NCBI GenBank assembly: GCA_049430665.1
Contig: JBMTCG010000005.1
Coordinates: 2,930-66,929, forward strand
DNA: 64,000 bases
Direction: 5' to 3'
DNA from: Flavobacteriales bacterium
Lineage (GTDB): Bacteria; Bacteroidota; Bacteroidia; Flavobacteriales_C; GCA-002722245
In this document: piece by piece, positions 39,249-49,700 of the stretch
Layout of the letters: every line of letters starts with the position of its first letter
How positions within the stretch are numbered: the first letter of the stretch is position 1
Notes under the pieces: model-generated
What the model saw: the letters and a program-made list of their open reading frames with translations, nothing else
Database searches by the model: none
What the model was told of the DNA's origin: nothing
Position numbers and translations under genes: made by a program

Positions 39249-42200
39249 TTAAAAGAAAGATTTCCTATGCCGTCTATTGCTTTTCTAAACAAGTCGAAAT
39301 ACAAAGTGATATAAAGAAACAAGCTCATCACTATAATCACAAAAATATTTGCCCAAAAAGTGTTAATCTTTTGTCCGAACATCATTTTAGAAGGCGCAAA
39401 AAAGTGAGCTCTAAAGTGTTTTGATTCGCGGTAAACCGGATTGTCTTTTTGAACGAACTGACCTTCGGCAACGATTATTTTCTCGGTTTCATTTACGTTT
39501 TTCACCAAGTTGTTTAAGCTTTCGTTTTCGAATTGGTCCCTAAACGCAATGAACTTTTTAGGGTCGGTGTTCATCTCCTCCTTGGTTTTTTTGTCCTTTC
39601 TTTTGTCGTATTCTTTGTAGTAGTAAATGTAGTTGTCAACCAACTTCAACAAATCATTGTTTATGCTGGTTAAAATTTCAGGCGTAAGTTGAGAAGATTC
39701 GGCAGGAAGGGTGAAGCTAAACTTAAATTCATCTTTCACTCTTTCCATTTCCTCTTTTACTTCGTGGTGAATAAGAGCCAAGTTATTGTCGAGATATTCT
39801 TTGTATTGCGGATTTTTAAATCCGTCGATAGCGCTAGTGATACTGTCTTTTAAGCCTACTACCCAATGGTCTTTTTTGTATTTGTAGTAAGCCATAGGTT
39901 GCTCAAGATTGTAGAATTTGCGCTCAAATTCATTGTCTTTAAATTGATTTACCGCCAATGCTTCAAAGGCCCAGCGAGAAGTCATTAAATCTCCTGTAAG
40001 AGGCACTTCTGTTTGTGAAGCGATTGATGGATTAAGTTTATCGAATTTTACAATAACTCCGCTTAACAACAATTGCGGAATCAATAAAATTGGAATTAAA
40101 ATGTAGATGGTTACCACAGAATCGAAAGCCGATGAAATATTTAAGCCCAACATATTGGCGAAGCAACTGGTAACAAAAAGCACCAGCCAATAATCCATGT
40201 TCAATCCTTTGATATCTAAAATGGTGTTTCCAATGATGATGTAGGTGAAAGTTTGAATAGCAGAAATGATAATCATGATGCTTACTTTGCTTAACAAATA
40301 GCTGCTTCTGCTCAAATTAAGGAAAGATTCTCTTTTGAGTATTTTTTGGTCGCGAATGATTTCTTCAGCACTTACGGTTAACCCTAAGAATAAGGCCACT
40401 ACCACACTCATGAAAAGGTAGGCAGTAATGTTTTCGTTGTATCGGAAAATGTATTCGGCATCCACTGCTTCGGTGCTGTAATAGCGCACCATGTAAGATA
40501 GAATAATGGCCAGTAGGGGAGCTTCTAAAAAGTTGATGAGCATGTACTGGGTGTTGGCCAATTTAGAAAGCACATCACGCACAAAAAACACTTTAAACTG
40601 ATTGATTTTAGTAGGAATTTTGTAAACGCCGCCAGGAATTTCTTTGGCTTCTGTTCTTTCTTTGGCTACTTTGTCTTTCAGTTGCGGTTCAACTTCTGTT
40701 TTATAGCAGTCGTTCCATTGTTTAGGCGTAACTTTTCTGTTGCCTGTTATATTTCCGTATTCATCTACAACTTTCGTTTCAATGATATTGAAAATTTGTT
40801 CGGGATTCACGTTACCGCATTCGTGGCATTCGCTTTCGTTGGCATTAACGTGGTTGATGGCTTTTTTAAAGTAAATCACTGCATCAACAGGATTTCCATA
40901 ATAAATAGGGAAACCACCAGTATCTAAAATGAAGAGATTATCAAACATTTTAAAGATATCTGATGACGGCTGGTGAATTACAACAAATACCAATTTACCT
41001 TTTAGGGCCAACTCTTTCAGTAAGTCCATGATATTCTCAGAATCTCGTGAAGACAAACCAGAAGTTGGCTCATCTACAAACAAAACCTGAGGTTCTCGAA
41101 TCAACTCAAGGGCAATATTCAATCTTTTTCTTTGTCCGCCCGAAATCTTTTTATTCAAAGGATTTCCCACTTTCAAATGGCGAATTTCATAGAGTCCGAT
41201 ATCTTTCAATAAAGAAGATACTTTCTTAATGATTTCCTCGTTGGGTAGCGAGTCGTAACAAAGTTTGGTGTTGTAATATAAGTTTTGAAAAACGGTAAGG
41301 TCTTCAAGCAATAGGTCATCTTGCGAGATGTGTCCGATTATTCCTTCTAGCTTTTCTTTTTCTTTATGAATGTCAACCCCGTTAATTTTGATGCTTCCAA
41401 AAGTAGGGGAGGTAGTTCCGTTTAAAACATTGAGTAAGGTCGATTTTCCCGCACCGCTGGCTCCCATAACACCAATTAGGTGTCCGCTCTCCTCGCTTAA
41501 ATTAAGGTTGTGTAAGCCAATTTGTTTTTCGTTGAACTGAAAAATAACATCATCGATAGTGAAATGAATCGCTTGTAAATTGCTGTCAGTTCTGTATCTG
41601 CTAGTGATGTCGCTGTAGTAAATAGGCAAAACTTTGGCATTTCTTAAGGATGAACCATGACTCAAGAAATACACCCTTCCTTCCTCAATCACTTGTCCGT
41701 TAAGATACATGGCCTGTTTACCAAAGTATCTTATGATATACATACCTACACTATGTATATGCAACACTACAATAGGAGCGGGAAGTGTTTCTGCAAAAAT
41801 GTGTTTGGTATGTTGAAGGTTAAAATTTTTGTTGTTGTTTACTACCAGATAGTTGGCTGCATCTGGAATATTTTCTGGAGTTAATTTTACAAACTCCATA
41901 CATTCTTTAAACTCTTCGTCGCTGATATTGAAAGTAGAAGATACTGTTTCTACAAATTCAATTTCTTGTTCACCAATTTCTTTATCGGCGTAAATGAATT
42001 CTAATAATCTAAGGAGAACAACTATCTTTTGGTTTTGGGTAAGTTCTGAGTTTATTTCGGTACAAATTACCAATACTTTCACCGAGTTAACAGATGTACG
42101 CTTTCTTTTCTTATCACTTTCTTTAGATGATTTTTGGTGTTTCTCAAGAAATTCTTCAAAGAGAGCGAGGTAATTTTCTACTTGGTCGAGGCTAAGTTGT

Positions 42201-42307
42201 TGTTTGAGGAATGCCTTCACCACCGATCTTCCGTCGTGGTTGATACTGTCTACCTTCGCAACGATGGCAAACAACTGCATTAGGGCTCTTAATATTCTTT
42301 CACTCAT
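39233..42307 (-). CDS. ABCG-like half transporter (ABC ATPase + ABC-2 permease) with N-terminal TerB-like and FHA-like domains
   Basis: Walker A GVMGASGAGKST. Signature ISGGQRKRLNIAL. Walker B LFVDEPTSGL. Six C-terminal TM helices. The N-terminal ~280 aa hold a TerB-like helical domain and a beta-rich segment (MYLNGQVIEEGRVYFLSHGSSL). Confidence 0.8.
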   Translation of the reverse strand: MSERILRALMQLFAIVAKVDSINHDGRSVVKAFLKQQLSLDQVENYLALFEEFLEKHQKSSKESDKKRKRTSVNSVKVLVICTEINSELTQNQKIVVLLRLLEFIYADKEIGEQEIEFVETVSSTFNISDEEFKECMEFVKLTPENIPDAANYLVVNNNKNFNLQHTKHIFAETLPAPIVVLHIHSVGMYIIRYFGKQAMYLNGQVIEEGRVYFLSHGSSLRNAKVLPIYYSDITSRYRTDSNLQAIHFTIDDVIFQFNEKQIGLHNLNLSEESGHLIGVMGASGAGKSTLLNVLNGTTSPTFGSIKINGVDIHKEKEKLEGIIGHISQDDLLLEDLTVFQNLYYNTKLCYDSLPNEEIIKKVSSLLKDIGLYEIRHLKVGNPLNKKISGGQRKRLNIALELIREPQVLFVDEPTSGLSSRDSENIMDLLKELALKGKLVFVVIHQPSSDIFKMFDNLFILDTGGFPIYYGNPVDAVIYFKKAINHVNANESECHECGNVNPEQIFNIIETKVVDEYGNITGNRKVTPKQWNDCYKTEVEPQLKDKVAKERTEAKEIPGGVYKIPTKINQFKVFFVRDVLSKLANTQYMLINFLEAPLLAIILSYMVRYYSTEAVDAEYIFRYNENITAYLFMSVVVALFLGLTVSAEEIIRDQKILKRESFLNLSRSSYLLSKVSIMIIISAIQTFTYIIIGNTILDIKGLNMDYWLVLFVTSCFANMLGLNISSAFDSVVTIYILIPILLIPQLLLSGVIVKFDKLNPSIASQTEVPLTGDLMTSRWAFEALAVNQFKDNEFERKFYNLEQPMAYYKYKKDHWVVGLKDSITSAIDGFKNPQYKEYLDNNLALIHHEVKEEMERVKDEFKFSFTLPAESSQLTPEILTSINNDLLKLVDNYIYYYKEYDKRKDKKTKEEMNTDPKKFIAFRDQFENESLNNLVKNVNETEKIIVAEGQFVQKDNPVYRESKHFRAHFFAPSKMMFGQKINTFWANIFVIIVMSLFLYITLYFDLFRKAIDGIGNLSFKWKKQ

Positions 42308-42321
42308 TCTTTAGCGCTGGC

Positions 42322-42360
42322 TATAAAAATAAAAAAAGGCGCTGAGATAAACCAGCGCCT
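42322..42360 (-). terminator. rho-independent terminator after the 140-aa secreted protein gene
   Basis: On the minus strand, an 8-bp GC-rich stem aggcgctg/cagcgcct is followed by T7+. Confidence 0.55.
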
Positions 42361-42384
42361 CTTAAAATATTTCATCATTAATTT

Positions 42385-42807
42385 TTATTGTTTAAACCCT
42401 ATTAAAACAACTGCACATCCCGATTTTGTATAGGTTTGATCTAATTGAGCTTCAATAGTTACTTCTAAGGTAGAAGCTACTTTAAAATCCCAGTATGGAG
42501 TGTTGCTGTGTTGAGCACTATTGAAAATCTCATTGCTTTGCTCGTCTAACACTCTAAAAACCAAAGCGTTTTCAGAAAAACCGCTGCAAGCAGAGATTCT
42601 GTATTGAGTACCACCGAAGAAAGTCGTTTGAAATTCTGCCGTTTGATCATCTACCAACAAAGCTCTGTAAGATTGGCCATCAGAGATGTAGGCTGAGGTG
42701 AAAAATTTTCCAGCGAAGTCAGCTATGGTATCACACATTTGCGCCTTTGCATTGAATGATATTGCTGAAAATCCTGTAATTAGAGCTGTTATAAAAAGCT
42801 TTTTCAT
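42385..42807 (-). CDS. small secreted protein (hypothetical)
   Basis: Signal peptide MKKLFITALITGFSAISFNAKAQ. 140 aa, two Cys. Confidence 0.5.
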   Translation of the reverse strand: MKKLFITALITGFSAISFNAKAQMCDTIADFAGKFFTSAYISDGQSYRALLVDDQTAEFQTTFFGGTQYRISACSGFSENALVFRVLDEQSNEIFNSAQHSNTPYWDFKVASTLEVTIEAQLDQTYTKSGCAVVLIGFKQ

Positions 42808-42818
42808 GTTCTGCAGAA

Positions 42819-43715
42819 TTAATTTTGTACGATGCTGTTTCTTAATGAAGTGATTTTCTCAGATATAGATTTGTAAACCTCATCACTAATTTGTGGTTCT
42901 GTAATAGACTTGATAGCAGTGATTTTGTTAACGTTATCTGTCTCAGGTTTTACGAAAGTGTATTTGAAAGTCACTTTGTCGTATTGCTCTTTAATTTCAG
43001 ATAATTTAGTGAACAAGAACATGATATCGTCATCTGAAGTATGCATTCCAATCATTTCTAACAAGTTGTCGATAGATAATTTTTGTTCAGCAATACGTTT
43101 TAAAACATCTTTGTGAGGTTTGTCGCCTACAGTGTTTACAGCTAAGTACATACTTTCTAACCATCCTCCGGTAACGATTAAAGCACCAACATCTTCCATT
43201 TTATTGTTTTTCAAGTAGTGGTCGCAATCTCTGTAAGTGCTAGATACCAATTGTAAAAGAGAATCTTTATTGTCGATATTCTTTTTGATTCTATCTAAAG
43301 TAGCTTTGTCGAAAGCATCCATCAAACCTAATTTATCTAACAATTTGTTTACATTTTTCATGTATTTCATTGCATCGTCAGAATGGTCGTAGATAGAAGT
43401 GTAACCTAAATCGGCACCATAAACACCTAAATTCAATGCCCAAGCATATTTAGTAGTGTACTGATCTATTTTACTTTCTTTATTCAAGATAGCGGCATTG
43501 TATTTAGCACCACTTTTTTTCAACAATAGAGAGAACTCTACAGGAGAAGGAATACTGAATATTTTACCACCAATTGAATGTGTCGGTCCTGGAGGTGGAG
43601 CAACAACTCCAGTGTCTTGTTTGTCTTGTGGATCTTCAGTTCCCGGACAAGCCGTAAAAAGGGTCATCCCAACAACTGCTAAGGAAACTCCCGTAATTAA
43701 TTTTCTAATGTTCAT
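42819..43715 (-). CDS. alpha-helical lipoprotein (hypothetical)
   Basis: Lipobox LFTAC, Pro-rich linker, then helical body. Start taken at MNIRKL. Confidence 0.5.
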   Translation of the reverse strand: MNIRKLITGVSLAVVGMTLFTACPGTEDPQDKQDTGVVAPPPGPTHSIGGKIFSIPSPVEFSLLLKKSGAKYNAAILNKESKIDQYTTKYAWALNLGVYGADLGYTSIYDHSDDAMKYMKNVNKLLDKLGLMDAFDKATLDRIKKNIDNKDSLLQLVSSTYRDCDHYLKNNKMEDVGALIVTGGWLESMYLAVNTVGDKPHKDVLKRIAEQKLSIDNLLEMIGMHTSDDDIMFLFTKLSEIKEQYDKVTFKYTFVKPETDNVNKITAIKSITEPQISDEVYKSISEKITSLRNSIVQN

Positions 43716-43872
43716 ACACATCAGTTTATCTTAAATTTTAGTTCGAAAACTTTTATTAAATGAGCCCTTCTTTCAAGAATTCAATATGCAATAATAAAAA
43801 AACCTTCTTAATAACCTCTATTTTATTCAAATTAATTTATCAGGTATTTATAAAAAAAAAAGAATGTTTATC

Positions 43873-43880
43873 TATATTTG
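43873..43880 (+). promoter_or_regulatory. Bacteroidetes sigma-A -7 box (TAnnTTTG) upstream of pfkA
   Basis: tatatttg lies about 30 bp upstream of the ATG at 43911. Confidence 0.35.
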
Positions 43881-43910
43881 CCCGTTGGAAGACAAATTTA
43901 ACCTATTGCA

Positions 43911-44882
43911 ATGAAGAAAATTGGAGTTTTAACATCGGGTGGAGATTCACCGGGCATGAATGCAGCGATAAGAGCGGTTGTCAGAACTGCTATTTACCAT
44001 AAATTTGAAGTAGTGGGCGTTAGAAGAGGGTATGATGGATTGATAGATGCCGACTTTATAGAAATGCCAAGTTCATCGGTAGCGAATATCATTCAGCGTG
44101 GTGGTACTATTTTGAAAACGATGCGTAGCGCACGTTTTATGACTAAAGAAGGTAGACAAACAGCTTTTGATAACTTAAAGAATCACGGTATTGAAGCTTT
44201 AGTAGTAATTGGTGGTGATGGTACTTTTACAGGAGCTTCGGTTTTTAACAAGGAGCATGATTTCCCTATTGTTGGTTTGCCAGGAACTATTGATAACGAT
44301 TTAATTGGTACCGATTTTACGATTGGTTACGATACAGCTTTGAATACAGTAATTGAAGCGGTAGATAAAATTCGCGATACTGCCGATTCTCACAATCGTT
44401 TATTTATTGTGGAGGTAATGGGTAAAGATGCGGGCTATATTGCTTTGCGTTCGGGTATCGGTTGTGGTGCAGAAGCTATTTTGTATCCTGAATCTAAAGA
44501 CCATTACATCGATCATTTGATAAAAAGATTAGAAGATGGCAAACGCCGTCAGAAACAAAGCTCTATCATTATTGTTGCTGAAGGTGCAAAAGAAGGTGGT
44601 GCTGCTGAAGTGGCGGCTAAAGTGAAAGAAAAATTCGATTACGATACTAGAGTGGTGGTGTTGGGGCACGTTCAACGTGGTGGTTCTCCAACTTGTATGG
44701 AGCGTGTTCGTGCTTCACAAATGGGAATGGCGGCTATTGAAGCTTTGGTGAACGGTAAGAAAAATGTGATGATTGGTATCGTTGATAAAAAGATAGCTTA
44801 TACTCCTTTTGAAAATGCAATTAAACATACGGGAGATATGAATCCCGATTTATTGCGTTTGGCTGAGGTGCTTTCCTTATAA
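43911..44882 (+). CDS. pfkA: ATP-dependent 6-phosphofructokinase
   Basis: GVLTSGGDSPGMNAAIRAVV, GGDGTFTGA, MGKDAGYIAL. 323 aa. Confidence 0.9.
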   Translation: MKKIGVLTSGGDSPGMNAAIRAVVRTAIYHKFEVVGVRRGYDGLIDADFIEMPSSSVANIIQRGGTILKTMRSARFMTKEGRQTAFDNLKNHGIEALVVIGGDGTFTGASVFNKEHDFPIVGLPGTIDNDLIGTDFTIGYDTALNTVIEAVDKIRDTADSHNRLFIVEVMGKDAGYIALRSGIGCGAEAILYPESKDHYIDHLIKRLEDGKRRQKQSSIIIVAEGAKEGGAAEVAAKVKEKFDYDTRVVVLGHVQRGGSPTCMERVRASQMGMAAIEALVNGKKNVMIGIVDKKIAYTPFENAIKHTGDMNPDLLRLAEVLSL

Positions 44883-44903
44883 AAAGTTTTGTAATAAAGA
44901 TTT

Positions 44904-44955
44904 AAAGTCTAAAGTTTCATGTATTTTTCCTGAAACTTTAGACTTTCTAATTTTA
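44904..44955 (+). terminator. rho-independent terminator after pfkA
   Basis: 16-bp stem aaagtctaaagtttca/tgaaactttagacttt followed by a T-rich tail. Confidence 0.55.
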
Positions 44956-44962
44956 TACCCAA

Positions 44963-47419
44963 TTGAGTTTATTCGCCGATATATTACTTCCTCTTCCTAT
45001 TAAAGGCAGCTTCACTTATAGAGTCGCTGTAGGAATGCAATCCGCGATAAGTCCCGGACAAAGAGTTGTTGTTCCTTTTGGTAAATCGAAATTCTATACC
45101 GGACTGGTTCGTGCCGTTCACCCCAATGAACCCAAGAAATACGAAGCCAAAGAAATCTCGGCATTAATGGATGAGCAGCCCATTGTAAACACCACACAAA
45201 TGGAGTTTTGGGAATGGATAGCACATTATTATATGTGTTCGATTGGCGAGGTGATGCAAGCAGCTTTGCCTTCGGCCTTTTTGATTTCCAGTGAAACCAA
45301 AATTTTAAAAAATCCCAATTACACTAATGAAAGTGAAGTATTGAGCGATAGAGAGTATTTGATTGTTGAGGCGTTGAATTATCGTGAAGTATTAAGTTAT
45401 TCAGAAGTTTCACAAGTGGTGGGCATCAAAACCATTCATCCACTTTTGAAGTCTTTGTTTGAAAGAGGGATTATTCTGTTTCAAGAAGAATTGCGCGAAA
45501 CGTACACGCCTAAGCTAGAAATGTACTTATCGCTTAGTAAAGATTATTTTGCTGAAAGTGCCATTAAAGATTTGTTTGCTTCTCTTTCGCGAGCAGCAAA
45601 ACAAGAAGATACCTTAATGCGCTTTTTGGCTTTGGCGGGCAAAAATGTGGAGTCTTTTTCTATTTCTAAAAAGAAGTTCAGCAGCTTAGAAAATGTATCG
45701 GCAACAGCTTTACAAGCATTGATGAAACGCGGAGTGATAGTGGAGGAACAAAGAGAAAGTGGAAGATTGTCTTCTCACGATGAAGCGCTATCTGATGCTA
45801 AAATACTCAATGAAATTCAGGTACAAGCCGAAAAGGAAATTCAAGAAAATTTTGAAAAGCACGATGTCGTTTTGCTTCATGGAATAACGGGTTCGGGTAA
45901 AACAGAAATCTATATTCAGCTTATTCAACAACAAATAGAGCAAGGCAAACAAGTGTTGTATTTGTTGCCAGAAATTGCATTAACTACCCAAATTATTACG
46001 CGTTTGCGTAAAGTTTTTGGTGGTGCCGTAGGCATTTACCATTCGCGCTACAGCAATAACGAAAGGGTAGAGGTGTGGAATAAGGTGTTGAGTGGTGAGT
46101 ACAAAGTGGTGTTGGGTGCACGTTCTTCATTGTTTATGCCTTTTCAAGATTTATCACTCGTCATTATCGATGAGGAGCACGAAGCCAGCTTCAAACAACA
46201 AGAACCAGCTCCTCGTTATCATGCGCGCGATATGGCCGTGGTGTTGGCTTCTAAGTTTAAAGCGAAGGTGTTAATGGGTTCTGCAACACCTTCTATAGAA
46301 TCGTACCACAACGCTATTCAAGGAAAATATGGATTGGTGAAGTTGGATAAAAGACACGGCGGAGTGATGTTGCCCGAGATTTTTTGTGCCGATGTGCAAA
46401 CAGAAAAAAAGAAGAAATTAATGACGTCTATTTTTTCTTCTTTGTTATTGCAAAACATGGAAACGGCTTTGGAGAATAAAGAACAGGTTATTCTTTTTCA
46501 AAATAGAAGGGGCTTTGCGCCAGTGCAGGAGTGCAGTACTTGCGGACATATTCCAAAATGCACCAAGTGTGATGTTAGTTTAACCTACCATAAGTTCACC
46601 AATTTATTGAAGTGTCACTATTGCGGATATTCTGAAAAAAAAGGAATCAATTGCAGTGCTTGTGGAAGTGTAGAACTGGAATTGGTGGGTTTTGGTACTC
46701 AAAAAATTGAGGAGGATATCAAACAATTTTTCCCAAAAGCGAAGATTGGCAGAATGGATTGGGATACTACACGCACCAAAAATTCATACCAACAAATCAT
46801 TGCCGATTTTGAAGATAGAAACATCGATATTTTGGTGGGTACTCAAATGATTTCTAAGGGACTCGATTTCGATAATGTGGCATTGGTGGGCGTTTTGAAT
46901 GCCGATCAAATGTTGAATTTCCCCGATTTTCGTGCGCACGAAAGAGCCTATCAGTTGATGTCGCAAGTGAGTGGTAGAGCAGGTAGAAAAAGTAAAAGAG
47001 GTAAGGTGGTGATTCAAACATATAATCCTAACCACAATATTATTCAATATGTGATTGATAGCAATTATGAAGCTTTGTATCACTCAGAAATATTGCAAAG
47101 AAGAAATTTGAATTATCCTCCTTTTGTCCGTTTTATCAATTTAACGGTGAAGCATGCAAGTGCTGAATTGCTGAATGCATCGGCCCATTTTTTGGCCGAT
47201 CATTTAAGAACAGCATTGGTGGGGATGGATGTTTTCGGTCCGGAATTCCCTGCTATATCGCGTATTCGAGGCGAATACATCAAAGAAATTTTAATCAAAG
47301 TTCCGCGTACTTTACCTGTAGCCAAAGTGAAAGAAACTATTCAGCACAAAATAGATGTTTTTAATTCTACAGATCCATTTAAGAAGTGCAGAGTAATTGT
47401 AGATGTAGATCCTAATTAA
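44963..47419 (+). CDS. priA: primosomal protein N' (PriA helicase)
   Basis: N-terminus FADILLPLPIKGSFTYRV (TTG start). Walker A HGITGSGKTEIY. Cys4-Cys4 zinc region CSTCGHIPKCTKC...CHYCGY...CSACGS. Confidence 0.9.
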   Translation: MSLFADILLPLPIKGSFTYRVAVGMQSAISPGQRVVVPFGKSKFYTGLVRAVHPNEPKKYEAKEISALMDEQPIVNTTQMEFWEWIAHYYMCSIGEVMQAALPSAFLISSETKILKNPNYTNESEVLSDREYLIVEALNYREVLSYSEVSQVVGIKTIHPLLKSLFERGIILFQEELRETYTPKLEMYLSLSKDYFAESAIKDLFASLSRAAKQEDTLMRFLALAGKNVESFSISKKKFSSLENVSATALQALMKRGVIVEEQRESGRLSSHDEALSDAKILNEIQVQAEKEIQENFEKHDVVLLHGITGSGKTEIYIQLIQQQIEQGKQVLYLLPEIALTTQIITRLRKVFGGAVGIYHSRYSNNERVEVWNKVLSGEYKVVLGARSSLFMPFQDLSLVIIDEEHEASFKQQEPAPRYHARDMAVVLASKFKAKVLMGSATPSIESYHNAIQGKYGLVKLDKRHGGVMLPEIFCADVQTEKKKKLMTSIFSSLLLQNMETALENKEQVILFQNRRGFAPVQECSTCGHIPKCTKCDVSLTYHKFTNLLKCHYCGYSEKKGINCSACGSVELELVGFGTQKIEEDIKQFFPKAKIGRMDWDTTRTKNSYQQIIADFEDRNIDILVGTQMISKGLDFDNVALVGVLNADQMLNFPDFRAHERAYQLMSQVSGRAGRKSKRGKVVIQTYNPNHNIIQYVIDSNYEALYHSEILQRRNLNYPPFVRFINLTVKHASAELLNASAHFLADHLRTALVGMDVFGPEFPAISRIRGEYIKEILIKVPRTLPVAKVKETIQHKIDVFNSTDPFKKCRVIVDVDPN

Positions 47420-47458
47420 AAAAATCGACCGCCTTCTTTCGAAAACGGTCGATTTCCC
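47418..47458. terminator. bidirectional terminator between priA and the protease gene
   Basis: Stem atcgaccg/cggtcgat with a 14-nt loop, flanked by an A-run and a T-run. Confidence 0.5.
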
Positions 47459-47477
47459 CTCTTAGCAGTTGTGTTCG

Positions 47478-49616
47478 CTATCTAATAATTTTAATGCTAC
47501 TTGTTTCGTTGCCAGAAACGATTTGTAAGAAGTAAACTCCACTCGATAAATCACTGTTTACTTGCATTTTATTACAATTACTGTCTTGAGCAATTAATTT
47601 ACCCGTGCTATCAAGCAACTTAACGCTATTTACCATACGATTAAGATAAATATGGCTAGAGTTGTGTAAGGGGTTAGGGTAAACTTGTAAAGTGTTTTCA
47701 GCGCTTAGCGCAACAATATTGGTTGTAAAACTAACATTTTCAATAGTTCCTGAAATGTTGAATTGAATTCCTATCAATTGCGCTAATGGCAGTGTAGCTC
47801 CTGAAGGAACATCCATCATAATTCTGATGTAGTATTTGCCTTCTGCAAGCGTGTTGGTGAAGTTAAGCGTGTTGCTGCTCACTACTTTACTTGTAATTAC
47901 AACGCCATCAGAATCACAAAGAACCGCTTTAAGATTTAAGCTTTGAATGTAGGCAGAAACTTGTGTTACGGTGATATTCATTGTGCCGCCATAAGTGTAG
48001 AAATCGAAAACATCAATATCGTTTTTGTCATTTAAAATTCCTTTAGAAATTAATGCGTTAATAATGCCATCGTTGCCCGAAGCGTTGTATGAAATAGCAG
48101 TGCTGTGATCGTCATCATTTCCAAAATCATCTTGGTAAGAAATAGTTCCTTTAACATAAAACTGACCAATTGAACAGTAGTCGTTCCAACCTGTTGTAGG
48201 GTCGCCACTTCCAGCGCCATCTATTGAGATATAATAATCTCCAGCAGCTAAGTTGGCATTGTAGCTTACTCCGTTTTTGGTATTGGCATTGTGTGCTGTG
48301 TTGATTGTAGTAATCAACACATTGTCGCCGTCGTAAATTTTTACTTCAACATCTAAATTGGTTTTAATGGTGGAAGTAGGTGCAATGGTAAGACTTACGT
48401 TTCCTCCACTCGTATAAAAATGAAAAAAATCTAGGTCGTTTCGGTCGTGAATCAAACCTAAGCTTTTAGCGCTATCAATCGTTCCTATATTATTGCTGAT
48501 GTTTATTCCTAAATCACTTGCTGTTTGGTAGGTGTTACCGTGGTCATCACTTTTGTATCCTGCAACAGACGCAATAATAGCGAGGTCATCTTGAGAAGTA
48601 TTGTCGGCGTAGGTGTATTCACCTTTACTAAAATGCGAGATAGCCTTACCATAAGCTGAGCCCATGATTGGTGCCCAGTTTGAGTGTCCGCTGTAATAAC
48701 CCGCAGCTTGCACAGCATCATGAGCAACAGTTCCGTCGTGATTTAACCCAAAGGTGTGTCCGGCCTCATGTGCACCCGCCTCACCAGCATTTTGAGCTCC
48801 AAACATTCTATCCACAAACACCCATCCTGTTTTGTATCTCGTATCCGCAAAGTCGAAAACATCTACATAAGCTACACCACCTGCATTAGGATACCAAGCA
48901 GAAGTGTTGGTAAAAACCATTCTAATTTTTTTGTTTAGAGGTGCTTTATCATATAAGGCCGAATCGGTGGTTACATTTACATTAAAAGCTGAATAATCTT
49001 CTGCTATGATACTCCATGTTTGAAAAATTTCAGTATCGGTATAGTTTGATGCACTTGCGCTCATTGCTGTGCCGTTGTTCCATCCACTACCGCTAGGCAA
49101 ATTATAGCCATCGAAATCTAAGAAAAGAATTTTATCAGAAGAAGATAAACTGTTGTAAATAGGCACTGCTCCGCCGCCTAAAACTGAAGTTTGATTTACT
49201 TTTTGTTTGATTTTTGAACCTGCACTTTGGTCAAGATGGTAATCAACACAAAGAATCTCGTGCACCGAAACTTTTTTTAATTCGACATTGCTGTTGGCGT
49301 TGGTGATGTATTTATATGCGATATCATTTGCTTTTGATAAAAGGATGAAGCCGCTGATTTCGTTTTTTTCGTTCGTCTTTATGGCGAATTGAGATCCTTC
49401 ATATCCTTTTATGGTACCCGAAACCGATGAGCTGTTTAAGTTGAGCACGTTGGTGTTAAGAATTTCACCATTAATATTTAGTTGATTTGGATTGTTGTGT
49501 ATTGTTTGATGAACTTGCGAAGCTGTTCCAATTATTAATCCGTTTTCTATCCTTTTTCCTGCATTGGCATTGTATACAACAGTTGCAGTAAGTAAAAGAG
49601 TAAATATTTTATTCAT
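47478..49616 (-). CDS. secreted metzincin (reprolysin-like) zinc metalloprotease with T9SS type A C-terminal domain
   Basis: HEAGHTFGLNHD. C-terminus LQVYPNPLHNSSHIYL...SGVYFLQIV. Signal peptide. Confidence 0.8.
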   Translation of the reverse strand: MNKIFTLLLTATVVYNANAGKRIENGLIIGTASQVHQTIHNNPNQLNINGEILNTNVLNLNSSSVSGTIKGYEGSQFAIKTNEKNEISGFILLSKANDIAYKYITNANSNVELKKVSVHEILCVDYHLDQSAGSKIKQKVNQTSVLGGGAVPIYNSLSSSDKILFLDFDGYNLPSGSGWNNGTAMSASASNYTDTEIFQTWSIIAEDYSAFNVNVTTDSALYDKAPLNKKIRMVFTNTSAWYPNAGGVAYVDVFDFADTRYKTGWVFVDRMFGAQNAGEAGAHEAGHTFGLNHDGTVAHDAVQAAGYYSGHSNWAPIMGSAYGKAISHFSKGEYTYADNTSQDDLAIIASVAGYKSDDHGNTYQTASDLGINISNNIGTIDSAKSLGLIHDRNDLDFFHFYTSGGNVSLTIAPTSTIKTNLDVEVKIYDGDNVLITTINTAHNANTKNGVSYNANLAAGDYYISIDGAGSGDPTTGWNDYCSIGQFYVKGTISYQDDFGNDDDHSTAISYNASGNDGIINALISKGILNDKNDIDVFDFYTYGGTMNITVTQVSAYIQSLNLKAVLCDSDGVVITSKVVSSNTLNFTNTLAEGKYYIRIMMDVPSGATLPLAQLIGIQFNISGTIENVSFTTNIVALSAENTLQVYPNPLHNSSHIYLNRMVNSVKLLDSTGKLIAQDSNCNKMQVNSDLSSGVYFLQIVSGNETSSIKIIR

Positions 49617-49700
49617 AATAAATGATTTTACTTTTCGAAGATATCGTCTTTAACTTCGAAAAGAAAAAAATGTTTCCTCTTTTTTTTTGACTTCCTCAAA

